Positions 50,208 through 59,024 of a stretch of DNA of 59,024 nt are shown here, piece after piece (within the stretch, counting starts at the first letter, position 1; each line of letters starts with the position of its first letter). Origin of the DNA: Alphaproteobacteria bacterium (GTDB taxonomy: Bacteria > Pseudomonadota > Alphaproteobacteria > Micavibrionales > CSBR16-224); assembly GCA_021775895.1 (NCBI GenBank), contig JAJFGX010000089.1, forward strand, positions 1 through 59,024. Direction: 5' to 3'. The position numbers and the translations under genes are program-made. Under the pieces are notes generated by a model. The model did no database searches. It was not told where the DNA came from and saw only the letters and a program-made list of their open reading frames with translations.

Positions 50208-50993
50208 CTAGGTGGAATGACTATACTCTGCACGCATGAAATATAATCCATGAGCGGGAGCCGTTGCTCCTGCTTGTGTACGATCGCAAAGCTCTAATAC
50301 TTCTTTCATATTTTCTGGAGCCCACTTTCCTATACCAACATTAAGCAGGCTACCCGTAATGTTTCGCACTTGATGGTACAAGAATGACCTTGCCTCAACC
50401 CATATTTCTAAATACTGCCCTTGATAAAATTGACTGTCATTATCCTCTATAATATTTATTTTCTCTATGGTTTTTATAGGGCTTTTTCCTTGGCAACCAC
50501 TAGCACGAAAACTTGAAAAATCATGTTCTCCCAATAAGAAATTAGCAGCAGATTGCATATTTTCAACGTTTAATCTTGTTTTAATGTGCAGAACACGTCC
50601 ATTCGATAACACAGGCTGAGATCTTCTACCCGCAATAATACGATAACAATAAACCCTGCGTATAGCAGAGAATCGAGCATGAAAATCATTAGGTACTTGC
50701 TCTGCTTGACGAATAACAACACCTGCATAACCCAGTTCATAGAGCTTTACATTGCCACCATCTCGAATCGATTGTGCCGTTAGAGGTTTTTCACTGTCAA
50801 AATGAGCAACCTGCCCAACTGCATGTACACCTGCATCTGTACGTCCTGCAACATGCAAGTTTATCTGTTGTCCACTAAGTTTATAAATTGCATCTTCAAT
50901 TGCTTGTTGCACAGATATATCAATTTTCTGACGTTGCCAACCAACATAGGACAAGCCATCATACTCAATTGTTATTTTCCACCGCTGTGACAT
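50208..50993 (-). CDS. truA: tRNA pseudouridine(38-40) synthase
   Basis: EYDG..GWQ, AGRTDAGVHA, FHARFSA, FLYHQVR, APAHGL. Confidence 0.97.
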   Translation of the reverse strand: MSQRWKITIEYDGLSYVGWQRQKIDISVQQAIEDAIYKLSGQQINLHVAGRTDAGVHAVGQVAHFDSEKPLTAQSIRDGGNVKLYELGYAGVVIRQAEQVPNDFHARFSAIRRVYCYRIIAGRRSQPVLSNGRVLHIKTRLNVENMQSAANFLLGEHDFSSFRASGCQGKSPIKTIEKINIIEDNDSQFYQGQYLEIWVEARSFLYHQVRNITGSLLNVGIGKWAPENMKEVLELCDRTQAGATAPAHGLYFMRAEYSHST

Positions 50994-50998
50994 GAAGG

Positions 50999-51772
50999 TT
51001 ACTTATTAGCTTTATCTGCAAGCTTCTTAATTTCTTTCTCAACCAATGATTCGACTATATCTGGCAATCTGCTATCAAGCCACTCTTTTAACATTGGACG
51101 CATTAGCTCACGTGTCATTTGCTCTAAAGTGATTCTTCCTGCTGGTATTAGCATTTCAGAATGCTCCGCCTCTTCTACAAAAACATTAGCTGCTAGCTTA
51201 CTAAAGGAATCAGTTGCCGCATCTTTTGTATCATCAGACATAATATGCCCATCATCTTCTAATTCTTCCATTACAATGTCAGCCCCAACGCCACTATCTT
51301 CATCAGAGCTTGCCGCAAGGTCTCCACCATCCGCAGTTTCAACCACATCAACAAGCTCAATGACTTCTTCGCTATCATCAGCAGGTTCTGCATCACCATC
51401 AATATCTGCAGGAGTATAATCATCTTCTTTTATATCCATATCAATATCTGCAGGGGTGTAATCATCTTCCTTCGTGTCCATATCAATATCTGTAGGAGCA
51501 TCATTATCTTCATTAGCATCCATATCGATATCTGCAGGGGTGTAATCGTCTTCCTTCATGTCCCCATCAATATCTGCAGGGGTGTAATCATCTTCCTTCG
51601 TGTCCATATCAATATCGCCAGCCTTATCAAGAGAATCATCTAATGAGGCAAGGTCTCCACCATCTTCAGTCGCAGTCGCAACTTCATCATCCTCAGAAAT
51701 TATCTGACGAATAGATTCAAGAATTTCTTCTATCGATGGCTCTTCTTCTTGTTGTTCTTTTACATCTGTCAT
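50999..51772 (-). CDS. popZ: Polar organizing protein PopZ
   Basis: EPSIEEILESIRQII N-helix; TLEQMTRELMRPMLKEWLD..LP.IVE..V..EI C-terminus; acidic linker. Confidence 0.93.
   Translation of the reverse strand: MTDVKEQQEEEPSIEEILESIRQIISEDDEVATATEDGGDLASLDDSLDKAGDIDMDTKEDDYTPADIDGDMKEDDYTPADIDMDANEDNDAPTDIDMDTKEDDYTPADIDMDIKEDDYTPADIDGDAEPADDSEEVIELVDVVETADGGDLAASSDEDSGVGADIVMEELEDDGHIMSDDTKDAATDSFSKLAANVFVEEAEHSEMLIPAGRITLEQMTRELMRPMLKEWLDSRLPDIVESLVEKEIKKLADKANK
51392..51616 (-). repeat. 42-bp (14-aa) tandem repeat, about 5.3 copies, within popZ
   Basis: Units of type DIDMDTKEDDYTPA with near-identical DNA. Confidence 0.9.
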
Positions 51773-51845
51773 AATTTACATCAATTATATTGCTTCTATT
51801 TTTTAATATAACGTACTTTTCTAAAAAAAAAAATATATAATATCA

Positions 51846-54800
51846 CTAAGTTATAAATTGTCTAATAGTCTGCCCTGCCAAAGTTAACATAGATACGTCA
51901 AGAACGGCCGCACGATCAATTTCAGATATCAATTGTTCTACATGAAAGAATTTATCTTTATTTCTTTTCTTCCACTCCTCCAATGGGTTTTTTGTTGAAG
52001 TTGGACAACCGCATGTGTCAATTACACCTCTCGCTATGACCGCTTGATAGTTATAAAAATCATCAACTAAACCACTTAAAGCCCTAGACTGCCAATGGTT
52101 CTCAGTATTCATATGTGCGCATTGCTGACGTAACCAACCTAAACGTAGACTTTGCCCTACACCAAAATACACTGCTGCTGTATTTTGTAGAGGCCCATTA
52201 CAGTGGCTGCCAATTTCTACAATATCTGGAATAGCATCTAATACAGGAGCATATGCAATTTCTCGTGCCAAACTCTCTGGCATACCTTCTAAAACAAATG
52301 CTTGCCTTCTTTCTTCAGACCTACCCTTAACATAGTGAGGTATTAAATCCTCTATAAGTCCAGAAAGTTTTTTCGCTCCACTAGATAAAGCCATCACCTC
52401 ATCTTTAATAGCACCCATAGGACTAGGACGTCGTAACATCCATGTTGTTATATGCTTCAATAAAGTGTACACATCATTTAAAGCTTTTGTTTGTACAGAG
52501 CTATCAACCTTACCATCTAATCCTTCAATACCGCTCCATAATTTATTGATATTAAATGCACCAGACATAATCAAAAATGCCTTAACAACGTCTACCGATG
52601 ATGCCCCTGTTTTCTCTGCTCTAGACTTTAAAAACACAGGCCCCATACGGTTAACAACTGTGTTTGCGAGAACGGTTGCTATGATTTCTCTTCTCAATCC
52701 ATGTGCTTTAATTTCCTTCTTGTATTTTTGTACAGGAACAGGGAAATAATTAAATAAGATTTCTTCCATTTCTGGTTCATCTGGTAAATCAGAGTCTAAA
52801 AGATCCTTAAATAATTTAATTTTCACATAGGACAATATGATAGATAATTCAGGCCTAGATAACCCTTGCCTATCTTGTAACATACGACCAATATCTTCGT
52901 GACTTGGTAAATTTTCAATTTTACGATCAAGCAAGCTTATTTGCTCTAAATCACGAATCAGTCCTGCATATAATGGTAATTGAGCAGGAGCTCTAAAAAG
53001 AGCTACAGACAAGGCCTGTGTTTGTTGATAGTTATCTTGTAAAACTAATTCTGCAACTTCATCTGTCATACTCTCCAAAAGGGCATTACGAGACTTTCGA
53101 GACATTTTATGTTTTGCATCTTGCTCAACACTACTTAAGAGAATTTTAATATTAACCTCATGGTCAGAACAATCAACGCCAGCAGAATTATCTATAAAGT
53201 CTGTATTCAAACGCCCACCACGCTGTGCAAACTCTATGCGTCCTTTTTGGGTCATGCCTAGGTTAGCCCCCTCACCTATAACTTTCGCATAAACCTCAGA
53301 TGCATCAACTCGCAATGCATCATTATTACGATCATCTGCATCAGCATTACTTTCTTGAGAGTGTTTAATATATGTTCCAATACCACCAAACCATATTAGT
53401 TCAACCTCTGATTTTAGCATTGCAGACATCAATTCATTAGGTGTAACTTTGTCTTTTTTAAGACCAAAACACTGCTTGATTTCAGGAGTTATTTTTAATG
53501 ATTTAGCTGACCTATCATAGACACAACCACCTTTTGATAGTTTCTTTACGTCATATTGATCCCAACCACCTCTAGCTTCAAACAAACGCTCCCTTTCTTT
53601 AAAGCTAACCAATGCATCAGGATTTGGATCACAAAAAATATGCACATGATTAAATGCTCCTTGCATACATATGTGCTTAGATAACAGCATACCATTACCA
53701 AAAACATCACCACCCATATCGCCGACACCTATTACTGTAAATTCTTCTTTCTGTGTATCTTTGCCCATTTCTCTAAAATGTCTCTTAACAGAATCCCACG
53801 CACCTCTTGCTGTAATACCCATTGCTTTATGATCATAACCAACAGAACCACCAGAGGCGAAGGCATCATCAAGCCAAAAGCCTGCACCTTGTGACAAATC
53901 ATTAGCAATGTCTGAAAAAGTGGCCGTTCCTTTATCAGCTGCTACAACTAAATATGTATCATCTTCATCATATCTAACTGTATTTTCGGGTGGAACAATC
54001 ACTCCCTTAACATTGTTATCAGTTAAATCAAGCAATGACTGCACAAATAACTTATAACAAGCTATTCCCTCTTCCATAAAAGCTTCTCTGCCGCCTTCTT
54101 TTGGTGGGTTTTTCAAAATAAAACCACCTTTTGATCCAACTGGCACTATCACAGCATTTTTTACCATTTGTGACTTTACTAACCCTAGAATCTCAGTTCT
54201 AAAATCATCAATCCGATCAGACCAGCGTATACCGCCACGAGCAATCTCTCCTCCACGCAAATGAACGGCCTCCAATCGACTTGAATACACAAAAATTTCC
54301 ACATGCGGACGTGGTTTAGGTACAAAATCAATGTTCTTACTATCCAATTTAAATGATAAACATAAACGTCTTTCACCATCTTCATCTTCTTGATAATAAT
54401 TGGTTCGCAGAGTGTTCTTAATCAAAGTCCAATAAGCCCTTAAAATATGATCATGATCTAAAATTGATACGTCATTTAATTTTTGCTCCAAGTTTTTCTC
54501 ATATTCATCTATTTTTATCTTACGTTCTTTTTCTGATAAATCTGGTTTGTGTCTTGTTTTATACATTCCAACCAAGTCACGCACGATATCAGAATGACTA
54601 GATAAAACCGTTTCAATATAACCACGACTATAAGGAAAGCGAGCTTGCTTTAAATAGCTTGTATAACTGCGTACAATCCAAACTTCTCTCCACGTTAAAC
54701 CAGCTTGTAAAATTAGAGCGTTCAGCTCATCATCTTCCGCCATTCGTTGCCATATACGAAAAAAGGCTCTTTCAAAGTTTTCTTTAACATCTTCAAGTTT

Positions 54801-56663
54801 AAAGCTAACACTATCGCCTGCATAAACAATGAAATCATGCACCCAAACAGAGCTAATGTCTTTAAGGCTATTTGGTTTTATACTAAATGGCATTTCTGAA
54901 ACTGACTCTAATCCCATATGATCTAATACAGTTAAGATGTCTGACAAACGTACTGGATCATGTTTGTGATACACTCTTAGGTGATATTCATTTTTGCTTG
55001 CTGCATTAACAGGTTGAAAAAAATCAACCGCAATATCATCTTCTTTACTATCTATCAGCAATTGAATGTGTTTGATATCTTTCACCGCACCGATCACACC
55101 AAAAGCATCTTGATATGAAATAGGAAAAGCATCTATATAATCATGTGCATAAACAACGCCTTTATCCTTTCCGTACTCTAAAATCAGTACAGATCTTAAT
55201 TTCTCTGCCCAGCTACGTCCAACTTCAATTAACTCTTTTTCGATTTCATCTGCATCAAACTCTACAATTGGTGGTGTCTCAATTAGAACAGTAAACAAAA
55301 CACGAGCAAGTGGACTATCATCTAATGTGGTATAAAAATTAGTACATACACCATCTAAATGTTTTTCCAGTATTGCCTCTACATTTTTTCTAAAGCGTGT
55401 ATCGTAGATATCACGAGGTACATAAACAAGACATGATACGTAACGCTCCAAAGGATCTTTACGAGCAAAAAAGGCAATGTTCTGCCTTTCTTGTAATTGC
55501 AATATACCTAGACTTGTCTCAACCAGCTCGTCTACTGAAAGCTGAAAAAGCTCATCTCGTGGATACTTTTCTAAAATATGTTCCAACGCTTTACGATCAT
55601 GAGAATCATGCCCTAGTCTTGTTTTGTCTAAAGTATCTTTAACTTTTTGCCTAACAAGAGGAACGTCTAAAGTACGGCAAGAATAAGTACTTGAAGTAAA
55701 CAAGCCTACAAAAACATGTTGTCCTATAATAGCTCCAGATTTATCAAATATTTTTACATTAATAACATCAAAAGGAACTCGCCTATGTACTGTAGAATAC
55801 TCATTAATCCACTTACTAACTACCACAGGTTCAGATGTTGAAGACAGCATTTCATATTCACGTTGCAATGTCATGCAATCTAGTACATGACGGCCATCTT
55901 TTAATAAACCAAGTTCACTGCTTTTAGCAACACTGCAATCCATATCACTAGCAGAGCTTTTCTTAAAATTATATTTTCTATAGCCTAGAAATGTAAAATT
56001 ATTTTTATAAATATAGTCTAAGAAATCGATTGCTTCAGCTCGTTCATTCTCACATATTTTCAATGAAGGTTTGCTAACTCCACGAATTGCACCTTGTAGA
56101 TTATCCAACATTTCATGCCAATCGTCTGTTGCGACACAAACATCATCTACAATGTTAGAAAGAGTTTCTGCCAAACCTTTACAAACATCATCTGGCAAAC
56201 GTTGCTCTAATTGAATGTGAATGCAAGATTCTAAAGCTCCATTTAATCTTGCCTCTTCCATATCAGCACTTATAGATTCTATTTTCCCTTTATTATTGCG
56301 TTTTACCCCGATAACTGGATGAAACAAAAATGATATAGAAAAATTATAATGTGCCAATTCTGACGCTATGGAATCAATCAGAAATGGTCTATCATTATTT
56401 ATAATTTCAATTACAGTATTATCCGCTTTCCACACATGATGTTCATTATCTGTGTTGTAAACACGTATTTTATTATGGCTCTTGTTCCGTTGGCTGCCCC
56501 ATTCGTAAAAATCACTCGCCATTTGCTCTAAAGTATTTTCACCAATATCTAACTTATCATTGGTTGATACTTGACTTATAAAACAATTCACAAAGTCTTT
56601 TTTTACATTGTTATTCATCAGAGCTTCCTTTTCTTTATTCGTTTCTTTTTTCTGAGCATGCAT
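51846..56663 (-). CDS. gdhZ: Large NAD-specific glutamate dehydrogenase
   Basis: About 1600 aa; ARGGIRWSDR, KNAVIVPVGSKGGF, VAADKGTATFSD, GVGDMGGDVFGNG. Confidence 0.96.
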   Translation of the reverse strand: MHAQKKETNKEKEALMNNNVKKDFVNCFISQVSTNDKLDIGENTLEQMASDFYEWGSQRNKSHNKIRVYNTDNEHHVWKADNTVIEIINNDRPFLIDSIASELAHYNFSISFLFHPVIGVKRNNKGKIESISADMEEARLNGALESCIHIQLEQRLPDDVCKGLAETLSNIVDDVCVATDDWHEMLDNLQGAIRGVSKPSLKICENERAEAIDFLDYIYKNNFTFLGYRKYNFKKSSASDMDCSVAKSSELGLLKDGRHVLDCMTLQREYEMLSSTSEPVVVSKWINEYSTVHRRVPFDVINVKIFDKSGAIIGQHVFVGLFTSSTYSCRTLDVPLVRQKVKDTLDKTRLGHDSHDRKALEHILEKYPRDELFQLSVDELVETSLGILQLQERQNIAFFARKDPLERYVSCLVYVPRDIYDTRFRKNVEAILEKHLDGVCTNFYTTLDDSPLARVLFTVLIETPPIVEFDADEIEKELIEVGRSWAEKLRSVLILEYGKDKGVVYAHDYIDAFPISYQDAFGVIGAVKDIKHIQLLIDSKEDDIAVDFFQPVNAASKNEYHLRVYHKHDPVRLSDILTVLDHMGLESVSEMPFSIKPNSLKDISSVWVHDFIVYAGDSVSFKLEDVKENFERAFFRIWQRMAEDDELNALILQAGLTWREVWIVRSYTSYLKQARFPYSRGYIETVLSSHSDIVRDLVGMYKTRHKPDLSEKERKIKIDEYEKNLEQKLNDVSILDHDHILRAYWTLIKNTLRTNYYQEDEDGERRLCLSFKLDSKNIDFVPKPRPHVEIFVYSSRLEAVHLRGGEIARGGIRWSDRIDDFRTEILGLVKSQMVKNAVIVPVGSKGGFILKNPPKEGGREAFMEEGIACYKLFVQSLLDLTDNNVKGVIVPPENTVRYDEDDTYLVVAADKGTATFSDIANDLSQGAGFWLDDAFASGGSVGYDHKAMGITARGAWDSVKRHFREMGKDTQKEEFTVIGVGDMGGDVFGNGMLLSKHICMQGAFNHVHIFCDPNPDALVSFKERERLFEARGGWDQYDVKKLSKGGCVYDRSAKSLKITPEIKQCFGLKKDKVTPNELMSAMLKSEVELIWFGGIGTYIKHSQESNADADDRNNDALRVDASEVYAKVIGEGANLGMTQKGRIEFAQRGGRLNTDFIDNSAGVDCSDHEVNIKILLSSVEQDAKHKMSRKSRNALLESMTDEVAELVLQDNYQQTQALSVALFRAPAQLPLYAGLIRDLEQISLLDRKIENLPSHEDIGRMLQDRQGLSRPELSIILSYVKIKLFKDLLDSDLPDEPEMEEILFNYFPVPVQKYKKEIKAHGLRREIIATVLANTVVNRMGPVFLKSRAEKTGASSVDVVKAFLIMSGAFNINKLWSGIEGLDGKVDSSVQTKALNDVYTLLKHITTWMLRRPSPMGAIKDEVMALSSGAKKLSGLIEDLIPHYVKGRSEERRQAFVLEGMPESLAREIAYAPVLDAIPDIVEIGSHCNGPLQNTAAVYFGVGQSLRLGWLRQQCAHMNTENHWQSRALSGLVDDFYNYQAVIARGVIDTCGCPTSTKNPLEEWKKRNKDKFFHVEQLISEIDRAAVLDVSMLTLAGQTIRQFIT

Positions 56664-56710
56664 TATATTTTTCTCCCTGAAACTGTCTTATATCTATTTT
56701 TAATCAGTCT

Positions 56711-57331
56711 TTACTCTTCTTTTTTTGCTTTCAAAACTGCATCACGTTTATCTTTATTCATTTGCAGTTCAATACGTTCCATCTCTGCACTTGATGCGTC
56801 TGAATAATTAGTTCCACCACATAGCCCCCCTACACCATAAGTCTCTGAAGGATAATTATATAATGACCATTTTTCTAATTTATCAGCAGTGCGTTTATAT
56901 GCATAAACAAGATATTCTTTTCCTTCTTCAAAAGGATACCCCATACAAGTCAAATTTTGTAGGCTTGTATGTAGCTCAAAGCTATTATTTTCCTCATCAC
57001 CTAATATATTTTTAACTTTATTAATAATTTCAGTGTTTTTTCCTTTATCTTCTTTTTCTTCTTTTTCCTCTTTGTCTTCTTTTTCTTCTATATCCTCTAC
57101 TTTTAATTTTTTTATAACGTCAAAAGTCACTATTACAGGTTTATCATCATAGCTAGTACGATAATATTTATATAGTGTTTTTACTTCTTTAACCTTACCA
57201 ACAAAAACAGAGTCAGATTGAGTCCAACGATAATCAAATGAGGCAGGTATACACCTACAAGCAGAAGCTTCAGTTGCGACGACAACAAGCAACACCGCTA
57301 AAAACAAAATAAATACTTTACAACTTCTCAT
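56711..57331 (-). CDS. Secreted TIMP/NTR-like protein
   Basis: Signal peptide ASA|CRC, VFVGKV, C-x-GYPF..GKEYLVYA, LCGGT. Confidence 0.75.
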   Translation of the reverse strand: MRSCKVFILFLAVLLVVVATEASACRCIPASFDYRWTQSDSVFVGKVKEVKTLYKYYRTSYDDKPVIVTFDVIKKLKVEDIEEKEDKEEKEEKEDKGKNTEIINKVKNILGDEENNSFELHTSLQNLTCMGYPFEEGKEYLVYAYKRTADKLEKWSLYNYPSETYGVGGLCGGTNYSDASSAEMERIELQMNKDKRDAVLKAKKEE

Positions 57332-57501
57332 AGAATATACTTTCCTTTTGGCTAATTAGAATTCACCAATATATCAAGTATAGGATAGAAAATATAAAAA
57401 TGTTATTAATTTATTATCTTAATTCTCCGCATAATGAAAAAAATAATGTATAATAAATGATAGTAACAATTTGCTATCACATCTCAGATTCGGTTTTACA
57501 C

Positions 57502-57870
57502 ATGAAAATATACAACACAACAAGTAGCCAGCCCATAAGTGGTGACAGAAAAAGTGACAAAGATTATGATGCTCAGAAAGATACTGGCGTTCTAACTAAA
57601 ATTAAGCCAAAAACTAAACGTCCATCAATGTATAAAGTATTATTACTTAATGATGATTATACTCCTATGGAGTTTGTGGTTATGATTTTGAAGCGTTTTT
57701 TCTTTAAGAATGAAACAGAATCTATAGATATTACCATGACAATACACCGCAAAGGTGTTGGTCTATGTGGAGTTTATACATATGAAATTGCAGAAACAAA
57801 AGTTGCACAAGTTATGGCGTGTGCTACAGAAAACGAACACCCATTACAATGCACGATGGAAAAGGAGTAA
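57502..57870 (+). CDS. clpS: Clp protease adaptor ClpS
   Basis: [27 protein letters not shown]; exact start uncertain. Confidence 0.96.
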   Translation: MKIYNTTSSQPISGDRKSDKDYDAQKDTGVLTKIKPKTKRPSMYKVLLLNDDYTPMEFVVMILKRFFFKNETESIDITMTIHRKGVGLCGVYTYEIAETKVAQVMACATENEHPLQCTMEKE

Positions 57871-57875
57871 TAGCA

Positions 57876-59024
57876 ATGCTATCGACAAATCTTGAACAAA
57901 CACTTCATAGAGCATTAAATTATGCCAACACCAGAAAGCATGAGCTAGCTACACTTGAACATCTTTTACTTGCCTTAACCGAAGACCCTGATGGCCTGTC
58001 TGTTCTTAGAGCATGTGGAATTGACATTGAAGAACTACAAACTGAAATCACTTCTTATATTGATGGTGACTTATCAACATTAGTCCGTAGTGACCATACA
58101 GAAACACGTCCAACCACTGGCTTTCAACGTGTTCTACAACGGGCAGCTATCCAAGTGCAATCATCAGGTCGTGAGGAAGTCACAGGTGCTAACGTCATTA
58201 TTGCTATTTTTTCAGAGCAAGAAAGTCACGCCGTTTACTTCCTTACCTCAAGAGATATGAGCAGATTTGATGCTATTAATTATATCTCTCATGGCATCGC
58301 AAAAGTTCCAGACTACAGTGAAGAGCGTACAATACACGGCGTTGATGAAGATTACGACAGTGAAGATACAGTCAAAAATGGTAAAGATGCATTAGCTGAA
58401 TATTGCGTAGACCTTAATCAAAAAGCCAATAATGGACTCATTGATTCCTTAATCGGTCGTGAAGAGGAACTAGAACGCACAATACAAGTGTTATGCCGAA
58501 GAACAAAAAATAATCCACTATATGTTGGTGATTCAGGGGTTGGTAAAACTGCAATAGCTGAAGGACTAGCCTTACTAATCACCGAGGGCAATGTTCCAGA
58601 AGTTTTGAAAACCTCCACCATATTTGCACTAGATATGGGCTCATTACTTGCTGGCACACGATACAGAGGAGACTTTGAAGAACGCTTGAAAGCTGTAATG
58701 AAAGCCTTGGAAAACCATGAAGACGCAATATTATTTATTGATGAAATACATACAATCATAGGTGCAGGGGCGACCTCTGGCGGGGCAATGGACGCTTCAA
58801 ACCTTCTAAAACCATCTTTAGCAAACGGAGGACTACGTTGCATAGGATCAACAACTTATAAAGAGTACCGCAACCACTTTGAAAAAGATCGAGCATTAGT
58901 CCGCAGATTCCAAAAAATAGATGTAAAAGAACCATCACAAGCCGATGCAATTAAGATTCTACACGGCTTGCGTAAATACTACGAGAAACATCATGATGTT
59001 AAATACACTAGCGAAGCTCTGAAA
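57876..59024 (+). CDS. clpA: ATP-dependent Clp protease ATPase ClpA (truncated by window end; not in ORF track)
   Basis: MLSTNLEQTLHRAL..ATLEHLLLAL, RRTKNNPLYVGDSGVGKT, LFIDEIH; directly after clpS. Confidence 0.96.
   Translation, partial: MLSTNLEQTLHRALNYANTRKHELATLEHLLLALTEDPDGLSVLRACGIDIEELQTEITSYIDGDLSTLVRSDHTETRPTTGFQRVLQRAAIQVQSSGREEVTGANVIIAIFSEQESHAVYFLTSRDMSRFDAINYISHGIAKVPDYSEERTIHGVDEDYDSEDTVKNGKDALAEYCVDLNQKANNGLIDSLIGREEELERTIQVLCRRTKNNPLYVGDSGVGKTAIAEGLALLITEGNVPEVLKTSTIFALDMGSLLAGTRYRGDFEERLKAVMKALENHEDAILFIDEIHTIIGAGATSGGAMDASNLLKPSLANGGLRCIGSTTYKEYRNHFEKDRALVRRFQKIDVKEPSQADAIKILHGLRKYYEKHHDVKYTSEALK

Noticed and set aside
51392-51616. Possible CRISPR array
   Set aside because: In-frame coding tandem repeat without unique spacers
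2203-58950. Many short alternative-frame or antisense ORFs (e.g. 2643-2969, 3670-4116, 14630-14938, 39940-40308, 45413-45694, 58418-58843)
   Set aside because: Shadows of well-supported genes with no RBS or family motifs

Overview
59 kb of AT-rich (roughly mid-30s % GC by eye) alphaproteobacterial chromosome. PopZ, LpxI, the large NAD-GDH, a class II DAHP synthase and the gene orders support this; a Micavibrio-like predatory or host-dependent lineage is plausible but is inference. Most of the window is housekeeping: holC, pepA, lptFG, miaA, degP, hflC, tRNA-Leu(GAG), accA, lpxA/I/B, alr, dnaB, uppS-cdsA-rseP, Nfu/FNR, trkH, tlpA, sbcB, bamA-skp-lpxD-fabZ, ruvCAB, truA, popZ, gdhZ, clpS-clpA. 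There is no CRISPR array, rRNA or intact transposase/integrase. Two things stand out. (1) The first 1.5 kb holds a promoter-driven, c4/CI-like cloverleaf RNA with an overlapping terminator that precedes a 39-aa ORF; it lies divergent to a HEPN-motif (RxxxxH) gene broken at an A9 tract. (2) Dispersed stand-alone orphan genes (a two-TM paralog pair, an ankyrin protein, an atypical J-domain protein, a tailed ExoI and others) mostly have near-consensus sigma70 promoters, three share an extended promoter motif, and they end in K/R/P-rich tails; they are a candidate co-regulated, C-terminally secreted effector set. Also present are RPE-like palindromic repeats, a 42-bp tandem repeat in popZ, a TIMP-like protein, a PP2C-like gene inside the lipid A operon, and local absence of argH/lysA, hflK and dxr from normally conserved clusters.
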